DNA of 64,000 nt from Azolla caroliniana (lineage: Eukaryota > Plantae > Polypodiophyta), in contig JBHGNT010000014.1 of assembly GCA_043228905.1 (NCBI GenBank), positions 2,294,001-2,358,000 of the forward strand. The letters are read 5' to 3'. The notes below the pieces were generated by a model, which saw nothing but the letters and a program-made list of their open reading frames with translations, was not told the origin of the DNA and did no database searches. Each line of letters begins with the position of its first letter. Position 1 is the first letter of the stretch. This document shows positions 48,652-60,776 of the stretch, one piece after another. Both the position numbers and the translations under genes were made by a program.

Positions 48652-49026
48652 CACTAATTAGGTACTACCATAATTTAGTATAGTCACTAATTAGGTAAAT
48701 GGTAGCTAATTAGCTACAACCATAGTTTAGTACAATAGCTAATTAGCTAAGTGGTAGCTAATTAACTACGACCATAGTTTAGTACAGTAGCTAATTAGCG
48801 AAGTGGTAGCTAATTAGCTACTACCATACTTTAGCTAATTAGTTACTACCATACTTTAGTGGAGTAGCTAAATAGTTGCTAGCATATTGACAAAGAGTAG
48901 CTAATTAGCTAAGTGGTAGCTAATTAGCTAGTACCATACCTAAGCGAAGTAGCTAATTAGCTACTATCATAGTCTAGAAGAATAGCTAGTTAGCTAAGAT
49001 GTAGTTGAGTAGCTAATTAGCTACCA
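48652..49026. repeat. Tandem array of palindromic TAGCTAATTAGCTA motifs
   Basis: More than a dozen exact or variant copies, separated by AAGTGG or CCATA-T-TAGT-like spacers. Confidence 0.9.
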
Positions 49027-49818
49027 TGTTGTTGTAGAATCTTGTGGATTAAGGAGGGCGCATGAGGTGTCCGGTGCTGATGACGCTGCAACCGATGAGG
49101 AGATAGCTGCCAACGTAGCTGAAAGAAAGAGTCCTACTATCACATCTCCTTTAGATGAGCTCCACCCTATTCTTTTGGAGGATTGTACTGAATTTAGTAA
49201 CGATGTGAAAAGTCATGAAATATTGGAAACATCATGTGAACTTGAGATTCACAATAATAATGTTTTTGAACACTTGATGTAACATATCTTCGAATCCCAA
49301 AACCTTGATTCCACCCCACCGAGCCCTACTACTAATAATGTCCAAACAGATCCCACTGTACTGGAAACGCTAGTGCAAGACGCGACTAACATGCAAGCCG
49401 TTGCTGAGGTGATGGAAAGGTTATCGGAGGAGGACACACTTGTGCAATGGGTGAAAGAAGCAAGGCGAAATGGGCAACCGGCTAGAAAAAGGCTGAAGAA
49501 GGGGCCACGATCTGGGACAAGACCAATTACTCAGTCAAGGGGCTCTTACATTGGAGCAAAATACTTATTAGTGGGATATGATTGTTAGCAATTTTCCTAG
49601 GGTTTTATGAAGTTTTACTATGATCTATTTGGACAAGTAAAACCTTAGATTGGTTGTTGCTTGATCCACATTATGTAATGGAACTCTATGATGTTTCTCC
49701 AAGATAATTATGTTCATGTTGTTCTATGATGGAAAATATTTCATGTTCATTATGTTGTTTTGTGAGACTGTTAGTTACTTTGTGAGTGTGAATATGTTCG
49801 TGTTTTCTAATGTTGCAG

Positions 49819-50672
49819 AGTCCAAAGGGTTTGAATCTATTGCTCCTAAGGCTAATGGCAGTGTGGAAATTGTTGTTGTTGTTGCGTGTTTAGAGGGCCA
49901 CATCTTGAAAGTAGATGTACCAACTGACACAAATGATATGTTCATGCAAATTGATCAAGCATGTTGCACAGATGATCTCATTTTGCAAGTAGATGCAGCA
50001 TGTGACACTAGTGGGCTGATATCGACCAGATCAATATCTACATGCACAAGGCTAATGACTAAGTCGACAATACAAGAGCACCAGAATGTGAAGGCAAGAC
50101 CAACACAGTCGACCAGGGGTTTGAAGAGGAAAAGGACACCACTTGTGTCGACAGAACCTGAGTTGATTGAAATTGATTGTGTGCTACCAGTAATTGATGT
50201 AACAGAGGCTTAGTTATAGGAATGGCAACCTAAACCATTAGAAGTCAAAAGAAGAGCCTTGATCTTGGAGCTTGATAAAGTCCTAATGAGTGTGTGATAT
50301 ATGACACGAAGGAGGGACGTAAATCAAATTCTAAAGTGGGTTGTACAATACTTTGATTTGTTTATTTGGAGTGAAAAACCACGTACAGATGTGTGGAAAT
50401 GTGTAGAAAGATTCTTCCCGAAGTGGCGACAACATTTCAAGGGTTAGTGAACACGAGAGAAATGTGAGCAGAAGGATGTTGCAAAATTCAAAATACTTTC
50501 TGATTTTTGGGCTACTTCGCCAGATTATAATGTCGAGAATACATTGATTATGGATACAAAACATTTCCAGCATTACTTCAACATTCACAGATAGTGTCTC
50601 ATTCTACCCGAGGAAATGCCCGAACACCACTTGGTGAAAACATTGAGCTACCAACTAACTGCATGGTTGTGG
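49819..50672 (+). pseudogene. Decayed exon ending in an FCP1/NIF (HAD phosphatase)-like domain, truncated by an LTR
   Basis: Acceptor TTGCAG at 49818; manual translation past the stop at 50211: RRALILELDKVL..RRDVNQILKWVVQYFDLFIWS..FKILSDFWATSPDYNVENTLIMD. Confidence 0.68.
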
Positions 50673-51439
50673 TGTCGTGCCTTTCGGCGCCGAATCATTG
50701 CGTGAGTCAGGTGAGAACTGCCTTGGTTTTGGACTAGGAGGAGGAAGAATTTCAGACGAGTATAGTTATGAATAGATTATAAGAAAAAGATATTGAAACT
50801 TGTGAATCCCAGAAGTATATTGTTTTAGATTAATCAATATTAAAGTAAGAATATGAATTTGGATTGAAAGAGAGAGATATAGAAACCTTGTGAATACCAC
50901 GAGTATAGTTTATTTTGTGAATCCCACGAATATAATTTATTAATTGGTGTTTTTAGAAATATATCCAATTTTCAAATTTTTCACCCCTATTACATTGTGC
51001 TCCCCATCCTTATATAGTGATGAGAGAGTCTTAGCAATCCATGCTTTTTTTTCTAACTATGAACTCTATGCTTTCTCTATCTATAGACTATATGCTTTCT
51101 CTAACATGCTTTTTTCTAACCTCATGCGTTTTTCATCGACTATAGTGTTTATGCACGCTAGATGTGCATGTGTAGCTTTTTTCTATCATGCGTTTTTTTT
51201 TCTTCTAACTAAAGCTTTTTCCTAGAAAAAAAACCTTTCTATGTGGGATATGTGCTTTTTTAACACTCATGATGTGTTAGTGTAATGGTAAGGCTTCAAA
51301 TTATTGACATGGAGGTACAAGGTTTGAATCTTGCCCTATGAATGTAATATATATTTTGATATTTCTTTCTTTTTCTTCATATTTATTCAATCGGTTATTT
51401 TATACGTTTTTCATGTAGTGTGCGAAATACACTACGACA
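50673..51439 (-). mobile_element. 3' LTR of a minus-strand Gypsy-type element, PPT at 51440-51451
   Basis: Reverse-complement homolog of 13295-14122; GGAGGGGGCAAG precedes TGTCGTAGTG on minus. Confidence 0.85.
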
Positions 51440-52094
51440 CTTGCCCCCTCCGAACCCGCACATCCTCTGGTATGTGTCGAAGTTGTTGGACCTCGTTATT
51501 CTCCTTCATCCTTAATATCCTCCGTTGCTCTCGTTATGTCGACTTTATATCTCCATTTTGAGCACATCCATTTTTTCCACCTGAACCATTGTTGCCATCT
51601 GATCCACCATATTCTTCGTTCACTCTTTGCATGGCCATGACCGGTTGTCATGACTCCTTGTGCTCTTCTTGAGCTTAACCCTTCATGTCTCATGCATGTG
51701 CCACCTTCGTTCCGACTATCTCCTTGGTCAAGTCACTCTGCACTTCGTCCACCTTTATCGTACAATCTCGCATTAGAGTTGACAATCTTCATGTTACAAC
51801 CCTCCTTCTTTGTCAAGATCTCATCCTCCCTAACACCCTTCAAACATGGTTGTTTACATACCCATATTTAACGTTTAAATGCGTATAGTACCTCATCATT
51901 TGTATAGTATGTACTATACCTCAATGTTGTTCAGTCAAATATCATGTACGTTTGTCCAATATAGTATTTAACGTATTTTTAAAAAAACAGGTATAATACG
52001 TATTTATAAAGAAAATGTAAGTAAAACCCTAACAAAAAGCAAAAGAAAAAAAAGATTTTAGTGAAAAAGAAGCCAAAGGAAGGAAGAAAGAAGA

Positions 52095-52240
52095 ATAGAA
52101 GAGACGACGATGAAGAAGATGAAGAAGAAGATGAAGAAGAAGAAGAAGAAGAAGAAGAAGAGAGAAAAGAAGAGATAAAACTGTCTTGAGTGTGATAATC
52201 GTAGAAGATAGAAGAAGAAGAAGAAGAAAACGAAGAAAAG
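52095..52240. repeat. GAA/GAT microsatellite
   Basis: (GAA)n interrupted by GAT. Confidence 0.9.
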
Positions 52241-55200
52241 AGAAACCTATCATGAGCATGATAATCGTAGACGATTCCTCAATCTATGAAGGCATAATTG
52301 TAAATAATTACAATTTGAAGTAGAACATCGTGATACACACTTACACTGATTTATAGAATAAGGGAATGTCAACATCCATATTACTACAAGTATTTTAGGA
52401 TGTGAAATGTTCAAATGTCTTATATGCATTTTAGGAGTAGAACTATATTGTACATCACAAAATTGTGTAAACATAGATGTTTTTTACAATATTATAGACA
52501 TTGTTTAGAAAGGTAAGTAATTTGCAAAATCTAGAAGTGTTTAACGTTGTCATAATGTAATTCGCACACTACGTGAAATTTGCATTTTTGTCCCTTCAGA
52601 TGGGATAAGGAGGAACCGACAAGGAGGTTCTCCTTACCGGGATTGATTAATCTAATATATTAGTGGGATTCACGAGTTTATCATCAAAATTCCCTTTGTT
52701 ACAATCTAAATATTGTTTAAATACACTAAACACATGGGATTCATAAGTTTTATTTCTTACTTCTCTTTCTACCTATTCATAACTAGCCTTATATTGTATT
52801 CTCCTTTCTCCTAGTCCAAAACCTCAGTGGTTCCCACCTGACTCACGCAACGATGCGGAGCCGAAAGGCACGACACAAGTGGTGAACCCGACGTGAAATT
52901 GAGTGGAAAGGAGATGGAAATTCAACCAGAGGCTAACAACATGATGGTGATGTTCGAGCGGATGCTACAAGAACAACGTGCGATGTCGGAGATTGTGGCG
53001 GCAGTAGAGCGGCTCGTGCAACGGAACGAGCAATTCAATGGGAAAGATATGTCGTGGTATTTGCGAGATTACAAGGCGGAAATGCTACGGTGCAAGATTT
53101 CGGAAGGACTGCAAGTGACATCCTTCAACCAGGTGGTGACCGACGGGCTTCAAGGGAGTATCAACGGGATACAACAGCAAAATCCGACGTGGGAGGCATT
53201 TGAAGAGGCGTTAAAGACCACATTCTCCATCGAGGATTCCTCGAAGGCAACGAGGAGGAGATTTGAAGATTGGGTGGAAACACCGGATAAGGGGATGAAG
53301 GTCCTCGATGTGTTTTCGTCATTCGTAAGTCGGTTCGGGAGGTTGTCTGCGAGAGATCAAGCTATCCTTGCACCGGACAAAGTGATCATGTTCCTACGAG
53401 CCGTGGACATCCGGGACCTGAAAGAACTTGGAGTGCTTTTGGAGGACACGACCACTGAGAGTGGCCTCACCGAAACATGGGAAAGCGTGCGAGATATCGT
53501 CGCGCGATACACGAAGAGGGGGCAATGGCTTGCTAGCGAAGAAAAGAGGGTTTCAGAACTGATTCCGAAACCAAGATCCGGACTAGAAGACCATCAACCG
53601 CGGGCTCGGGAGACTACGACCGAGAAGGGAATCAACACAACCACGGTGGAGCAATTGTTGAAGGAGATGAAGAATCTAAAAATCGCAATGGTGAAGAAGT
53701 CGGATGACCGTCTCACAAGTTCCAAGTATATGGACCATCAATGCATATGGTGCGATAGCACCGAACATGATCAGAAGGATTACGACGAGCACAAGGAGGC
53801 ATTACGACGGGATCTTATCTACTACGAGGAAAACCGGATCCATTCGATGGATTCTCGGAAGCCACTCCGACCGAACTTCCGAAAAGGCGGCATGAAGAAG
53901 GTCCTAGAGGAGGAGATCGCGGCGAAAAACAACTATGCGACAACCACAAGAATACGTGTGGGGGAGTCATCTGGAGTAAAGGCGTCTTTTTGGCCGGAAG
54001 TGCTAGAAATTTCGAAGAAAGCAGACCATGATGAAATCCCAAGCGCCGCAGAATGTATCCGGGAAGCTACGAGATGGGAGAGCCCCGTAGATAAGAATAG
54101 CGTACATGCGCTATGTCAATTGCATGAAGTGTATGTGGATGAAAAACGACGGCGCACAGATGATGCGGCCGGACCATGAAAGACGCCGAAGAGCTGGAAC
54201 TTTGGAGGGAGGGGAAAAGAAAAGTAGATTCAGGCATTCAAACTCGCTTCGGACATTCAAAAACAGACGAACCTAAAGAAGGTGTTTGAAGAGAGAATCC
54301 TTGATAGTCGGGTGGAATTTTTGCTTCAGGAATTACTTGGAATAGCGAAGAAGGAGTTCCATGACCTTCTTGTGGATCTCGTGAAGAGAAAAAGACAAAA
54401 TACGGAGGAAAATGCTCCAAGGCTAAATGCGAACATGGTTTTAATGAATGACACCGAAGTGAAGGACGAAATTCTGAACTCCCACTACACAAGGCCACAT
54501 TGGGGACGTGCAACTACGGAGACTCCGGTCCGAATCGGCAACATTAAAGAGCCCGTGCTAGCATTGATTGATCACGGATCGGAGATCAATTTGATGTCCA
54601 AGGAGTTCTACCAGAGGGGGAAGTGGCCTATAAACACCAACCATGGATGGAAGATCCGGGCAGCCACTAAAGCAACGGAAGATCTATTTTCGGCTTGTCC
54701 AGATGTGACAGTGAAGAACGGGGATGTCGAGATCGACCAAAATTTCTTCGTACAAGACGAGGTCTCACATTCCGTGATCCTCAGGCAACCCTTTATCACG
54801 GCTTCACGAATGGAGACAAATGTACTCGACAGCGGTGCGGCTTTGGCACGAATTCGGAGCCAAAGCGGAGGGAAATCCATCCAATTCCTAACTGTGTTGG
54901 CAAATCATGAAAGGAACAAGAGAGAGCTCTTGTCCCAAACAAGGATGAATTTTTAGAGAGGACTGTTGCGGAGTGGGGAAGTGATAGTCTGAGAAGCCCT
55001 GATACCCCACACAGGAAGAAAACTCTCGGAGCAAAACAAGTACGAATCGGTCCAGATGGGGCATATACGTACATGGTTGTAACCGGAGGAAAGAAGAAAG
55101 AATACAAAAAAGTAGAGGATAAGTTACGGTCGGCATCAATAATAAAAGAAGACGAGGAAATCGTGGGAGTAGTCGAAGAAGTGTTCTATGGGAGCACCCT

Positions 55201-55437
55201 ATAACGGTTTGAAGAGCTTGCGAAAGATAATAGTGAAGGAGACTGGGTAGTCCCGGTGGAATCGGTCGAGATGTACGAGATCATTGCGAAAATGGGGCCA
55301 GATGCGCTCTGCAAAGAAGAAGCAATGGTAAGTACGAAATACAAGACCGTGGAGAAGAAAGTGAAACCGGCCATGGGACCGTTACCCGCCGATCATGAGC
55401 AAAAGAGGAAAGAAGTCTCAAGAGATCTGACACTTCG

Positions 55438-56135
55438 TGACGGGAACTCAACGCTCCTTAATGCGCAACGCTCGGCCACAACCGAGCTTAGAATGATACA
55501 CAGAAAACGGGAAATAAAACACGACACAAAGAAGAGGAAGATACACATGAGGTTTATGTGGAAAACCCAAACTAAGGGAAAAACCACGGCAGCCCGCAGG
55601 CTGCAAACTATCACTATGTTGGAATGTACAAACAGTGAGTTCATGGAGGCAACGACCTCGTGCTCACGATCTTCGCCACAGGCGGCGGTTACAATAGAGG
55701 CAGCGACCTCTTTCTCTCTCTCTCTCTCTCTCTCTCTATACACTGTTACGCGCACTAATCTCGTGCAAAACAGGAATGACAACCACAACTATAAGTTTGC
55801 CCTAAGTCATATTTATACTAATATGACTTTTCGGCTATTTACAAATATAGCCTCGATGGACTCTCAGAAACATATTTGCGAATATGTCTCTTCATCCGGT
55901 TCTCACCGGGTCTGCACCATCCGGCTCTCCGTAGCCGGGTACTCTTCATCTGGTTCTCACCGGGTCTGCACCATCCGGCTCTCCGTAGCCGGGTACTCTT
56001 CATCTGGTTCTCACCGGCTCTGCACCATCCGGCTCTCCGTAGCTGGGTACTCCTCATACGGTTTCCTCCTCGGCTGAGTTTGTTCATCAGCACTGTCCTT
56101 CTCCCTTCCCATCCGGAGGGACCTGTCTCCCAACA
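55438..56135 (-). mobile_element. Copia family A solo LTR
   Basis: TG..CA ends; TSD CTTCG at 55433-55437 and 56136-56140; three 54-bp tandem repeats at about 55888-56050. Confidence 0.94.
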
Positions 56136-58429
56136 CTTCGAAAGTCCGTGGATATCAAACATGCCTTCACGGATGAGACCTGGAAGAAACTTCGGATCGG
56201 TGGAGGTGGTTTCCTTTTACAAAATGAAGAAGAACGATTCCGTGGGATGTTGGAACAACATAGGAAAGCATTTGCATTCACATCAAAGGAGATAGGTTGC
56301 GTTGATCCGAAGATAGTGGAGTGAATGGTGATCTTCACGATTGACCATCTATTGTGGAACCTGAACCCGATTCCGGTGCCACGGGCACACATTCGCAAAA
56401 TCATCAAATTGCTCAAGGAGAAGGTGGCGATGGGGATCCTAGAGCCATCAAACGCTCCGTACTCAAATCGATGGTTTATGGTTCCGAAGAAGAATGGGTC
56501 ACTCCAATTTATCCAAGACTTGCAACCGATGAACAAGGTCACGATGCGGAACTCAGGAGTCGGTCCAATAGTGGATGAATTTGTAGAAGCAATTGCCGGT
56601 CATGTGATATACTCCATCGGAGACCTATACTCGGGGTATGACCAATTCCAACTAGTTGTGGAGAGCCGAGACATCACTACCATGCGAACACCGATAGGAT
56701 TAGTCTGAATGCGCACACTACCACAAGGAGCGACAAACTCGGTTGCACATATGATGAACGGGATGAACAAGGTGCTTTGAGATTGCATTCCAGAGATAAC
56801 GATGCCGTTCCTAGATGACATTCCGATTAAAGAATGCGCGGTAGAGGAAAAAGATGAAACTATGGATGATCGGGGATGCCGAAAGTTCGTAGTCGACCAT
56901 CTTCGTGATTGTGAGAAAGTGCTTCGAAACTTAGAAGATGTGCACCTAACACTTTCCTAGGAGAAATCAGCATTCGGGCAAGAAGAGATATTGGTAGTCG
57001 GACATCTATGTGGGCCCTACGGCCGAAGACCGTCACCAACCAAGATCGATGCGATTCAAGCTATGAAAGAAGTATGCGAGTCACAATCCGAAGTCTGAAG
57101 GTTTCTTGGAGCTTGTGCATTTTATCACATAACACCTTTGCATTCACAAGTGGAAGGATTGCGCATTCCACTTATAGATTCCTTTTATAATCTTGCGATT
57201 TTAGACAATTTCCAAAAACTTGATACACTAGTATCACATGTTTTAAATAGCATGTAAATTTTGCTAATTTTTTGAGATTTAACAAATTTCTAAATGATAA
57301 TTTCTAAAATTGAATAGTTTAGGGATAATGTTTAAATGTTGATGGTTTGCAGATATGAAATGTAGTTAACTTAAAGAAAATCACAATTATGGTCAACTCA
57401 AGGCACAAGTTAAGATTAATGGTTTCACCGTCTTGAGAAGATTAAGGTTACATCTATTGTTAGACTTGAAAATGTTTTAAGTATAAAAGGTAATATTGCA
57501 ATCCTTAATGTCATCATCTATAAATTAGTGCTCATTAACATCCATAAATTCACAACTCAAGAAATGTAGACAATATTCATAAACAATTCTGATAAATCCA
57601 CAACTCCTAAAATGTAGACGATATTCATAAATTGTCAAACTTTAGATGTGAACATTAATATATCAATTTGAACATAACACATAGTTATCAAGGTATCTAC
57701 AATGTTATAATCCCCTTCCTTATAAGAATTCCCCTTCAAAATTTGTGAAGTAAATGGCATTTGCAAAGTTCAATTACCATCAACACAATTATTAATGGTT
57801 TTCTTCTAATAAATGAAGCACATATTTACCATAAGGTATCTTGTTGTGCAACATACATCTTTAAAAACCTCTTTTATTTGAAAAACAACAAGAGTTTTAA
57901 ACATGAACACGATATGTTGTATTGAGTTTTCATCATAACTCTATACAATATATTAAATTCATGTTCAAAGTTTTTTTACCGGATTTAAAAAATAATAATA
58001 ATAATAAATTAAGCTTGAGTTCATAGAAAAACCAGATTTTTCATCACAATTCAATACAATGTATCGAGTTCATGTTTAAAGTAATTTTTTCTAATTTAAA
58101 AAAAAAACATTTTTAATTTGTTTCAATTTTTTTTATTTTTTTTCAATTTTTTTTTGTTTCTTTTTGTTCCTTTTAATTTTTTTTATTTTTTTTATTTTTT
58201 ATGGAAAAAATAATAATTTTAAACATGAACTTGATACATTGTATCGACTTGTGATAAAAACTCAGGTTTTTTCATCACTTATTAAAGCTCAAAAACAAAA
58301 TTCTAAGACAGAGACGAAATTAGTACTAAGAGAGAAATATTAGTACTAAGAAGAATTTAAGGTGTAGAACACTTGAGAAAAGAAGAGAGAGAGAGAGACT
58401 GAGAGAGAGAGAGGGACTGAGAGTGAATG

Positions 58430-60776
58430 ATGATGACATGAGTTAATCTACAACGTATCGAGTTCATGTTGAAAGTGTTATTTCCGATTTTTTTTTTAAA
58501 ATAATTACATTTTTTCCTATTTTATTTTGGTATTTTGTTTTTTTCTCTAAAAGGCTTTGAGCTTTAATAAGTGAGGAAAATAATATTTTATGTATTACAA
58601 TGTATCGTCTAATGGTCAAGAGCTTGACCCATGTAGCATAATGTCATGGGTTCAAGTCCTACATATCACGACATGAACTAAGTTAACTTTTTTACATGAA
58701 CTCGATACGCCTTTTCAACATGAACTCGATACGGCGTATCGAGTTCATGTTTAAAGTCTAACTTTTTTACATGAACTCGATACGGCGTATCGAGTTCATG
58801 TTTAAAGTTTTATTTCTGATTTATTTTTTTAAATAATTACATTTTTCCTATTTTATTTTGGTATTTTGTTTTTTTTTTCTAAAAAACTTTAAGATTTAAT
58901 AAGTGATGAAAATAATATTTTATGTATTACAATGTATGGTCTAATGGTTAAGAGCTCCACCCATGCAGCACAAGGTCAAGGGTTTATGTCCTAGCATATC
59001 ATATCATCAACTAAGCTAACATTTTTACATGAACTCGATACCCCTTTTCAACATGAACTCGATACGCCGTATCGAGTTCATGTTGAAAAGCTAACTTTTT
59101 TACATGAACTCGATACGGCGTATCGAATTCATGTTTAAAGTTTTATTTCTGATTTATTTTTTTAAATAATTACATTTTTCCTATTTTATTTTGGTATTTT
59201 GTTTTTTTTTTCTAAAAAACTTTAAGTTTTAATAAGTGATGAAAATAATATTTTATGTATTACAATGTATGGTCTAATGGTTAAGAGCTCCACCCATGCA
59301 GCACAAGGTCAAGGGTTTATGTCCTAGCATATCATATCATCAACTAAGCTAACATTTTTACATGAACTCGATACCCCTTTTCAACATGAACTCGATACGC
59401 CGTATCGAGTTCATGTTGAAAAGCTAACTTTTTTACATGAACTCGATACGGCGTATGGAATTCATGTTTAAAGTTTTATTTCGGATTTTCTTTAAAAATA
59501 ATTACATTTTTTCCTATTTTATTATGGTGTTTTGTTTGTTTTCTGAAAACAAATTGAGCTCTAATAAGTGATAAAAATAATATTTTATGTATTACAATGT
59601 ATGGTCTAATGGTTAAGAGCCTCACCTATGTAGCAGAAGGTCATGGGTTCGAGTCCTACTATATCATGTCATGAACTAAGCTAACATTTTTACATGAACT
59701 CGATACGCCGTATCGAGTTCATGTTGAAAAGCTAACTTTTTTACATGAACTCAATACGGCGTATCGAATTCATGTTTAAAGTTTTATTTCGGATTTTTTT
59801 TTTAAAATAATTACATTTTTTCCTATTTTATTATGGTGTTTTGTTTGTTTTCTAAAAACAAATTGAGCTCTAATAAGTGATAAAAATAATAGTTTATGTA
59901 TTACAATGTATGGTCTAATGGTTAAGAGCCTCACTTATGTAGCAGAAGGTCATGGGTTCGAGTCCTACTATATCATGTCATGAACTAAGCTAACTCTTTT
60001 ACATGAACTCGATACCCCTTTTAAACATGAACTCGATACGCCGTATCGAGTTCATGTTGAAAAGCTAACTTTTTTACATGAACTCGATAATGTTGAAAAG
60101 CTAACTTTTTTACATGAACTCGATACGGCGTATCGAGTTCATGTTTAAAGTTTTATTTCAGATTTTTTTATTTAAATAATTACATTTTTTCCTATTTTAT
60201 TATGGTGTTTTGTTTTTTTTCTAAAATAAAATTAAGCTTTAATAAGTGATAAAAATAATAATTTATATATTGCAGTGCATGGTCTAATGGTCAAGAGCTC
60301 CACCCATGTAGCAGAAGGTCATGGGTTCGAGTCCTACCATATCATGACATATAAAAAAGTTACCTTTTTTACAAGAACTCGATACTAACTTTTTTACATG
60401 AACCCGATACGGCGTATCGAGTTCATGTTGAAAAGCTAACTTTTTTACATGAACCTGACACGGTGTATCGAGTTCATGTTTAAAGTTTTATTTCGGATTT
60501 TTTTTTAAAAATAATTACATTTTTTCCTATTTTATTATGGTGTTTTGTTTTTTTTCTTAAAAAAAATTGAGCTTTAAGAAGTGATAAAAATAATATTTTA
60601 TGTATTACAATGTATGGTTTAATTGTCAAGAGCTTGACCCATGTAACATAAGGTCATGGGTTCTAGTCCTACCATATCATGACATGAAAAGTTTAATTTT
60701 AGATTTTTTTTTTTTTAAAATAATTACATTTTTTTCTATTTTATTTTGGTACTTTGTTTTTTTTTCTAAAACAAAA
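58430..60776 (+). repeat. Tandem array of seven ~333-bp units (tRNA-like module plus palindromes)
   Basis: A-box starts at 58605, 58937, 59270, 59602, 59911, 60280 and 60615; palindrome ACATGAACTCGATACG-N-CGTATCGAGTTCATGT. Confidence 0.93.
59595..59691 (+). ncRNA. tRNA-derived Pol III unit (best-preserved copy; pseudo-tRNA/SINE-like)
   Basis: A box TGGTCTAATGG 59602-59612, B box GGTTCGAGTCC 59646-59656, T5 at 59687-59691; anticodon arm does not fold. Confidence 0.55.

Noticed and set aside
55256-56077. 273-aa apparent fusion protein
   Set aside because: Gypsy pol reading into an inserted Copia solo LTR at 55438
59595-59666. Functional tRNA genes in the array or LTRs
   Set aside because: Anticodon arm and acceptor stem do not fold fully and no isotype can be assigned; reported as tRNA-like only
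58430-60776. CRISPR-like appearance of the palindromic repeats
   Set aside because: The intervening sequences are themselves repeated, there are no cas genes, and the context is eukaryotic
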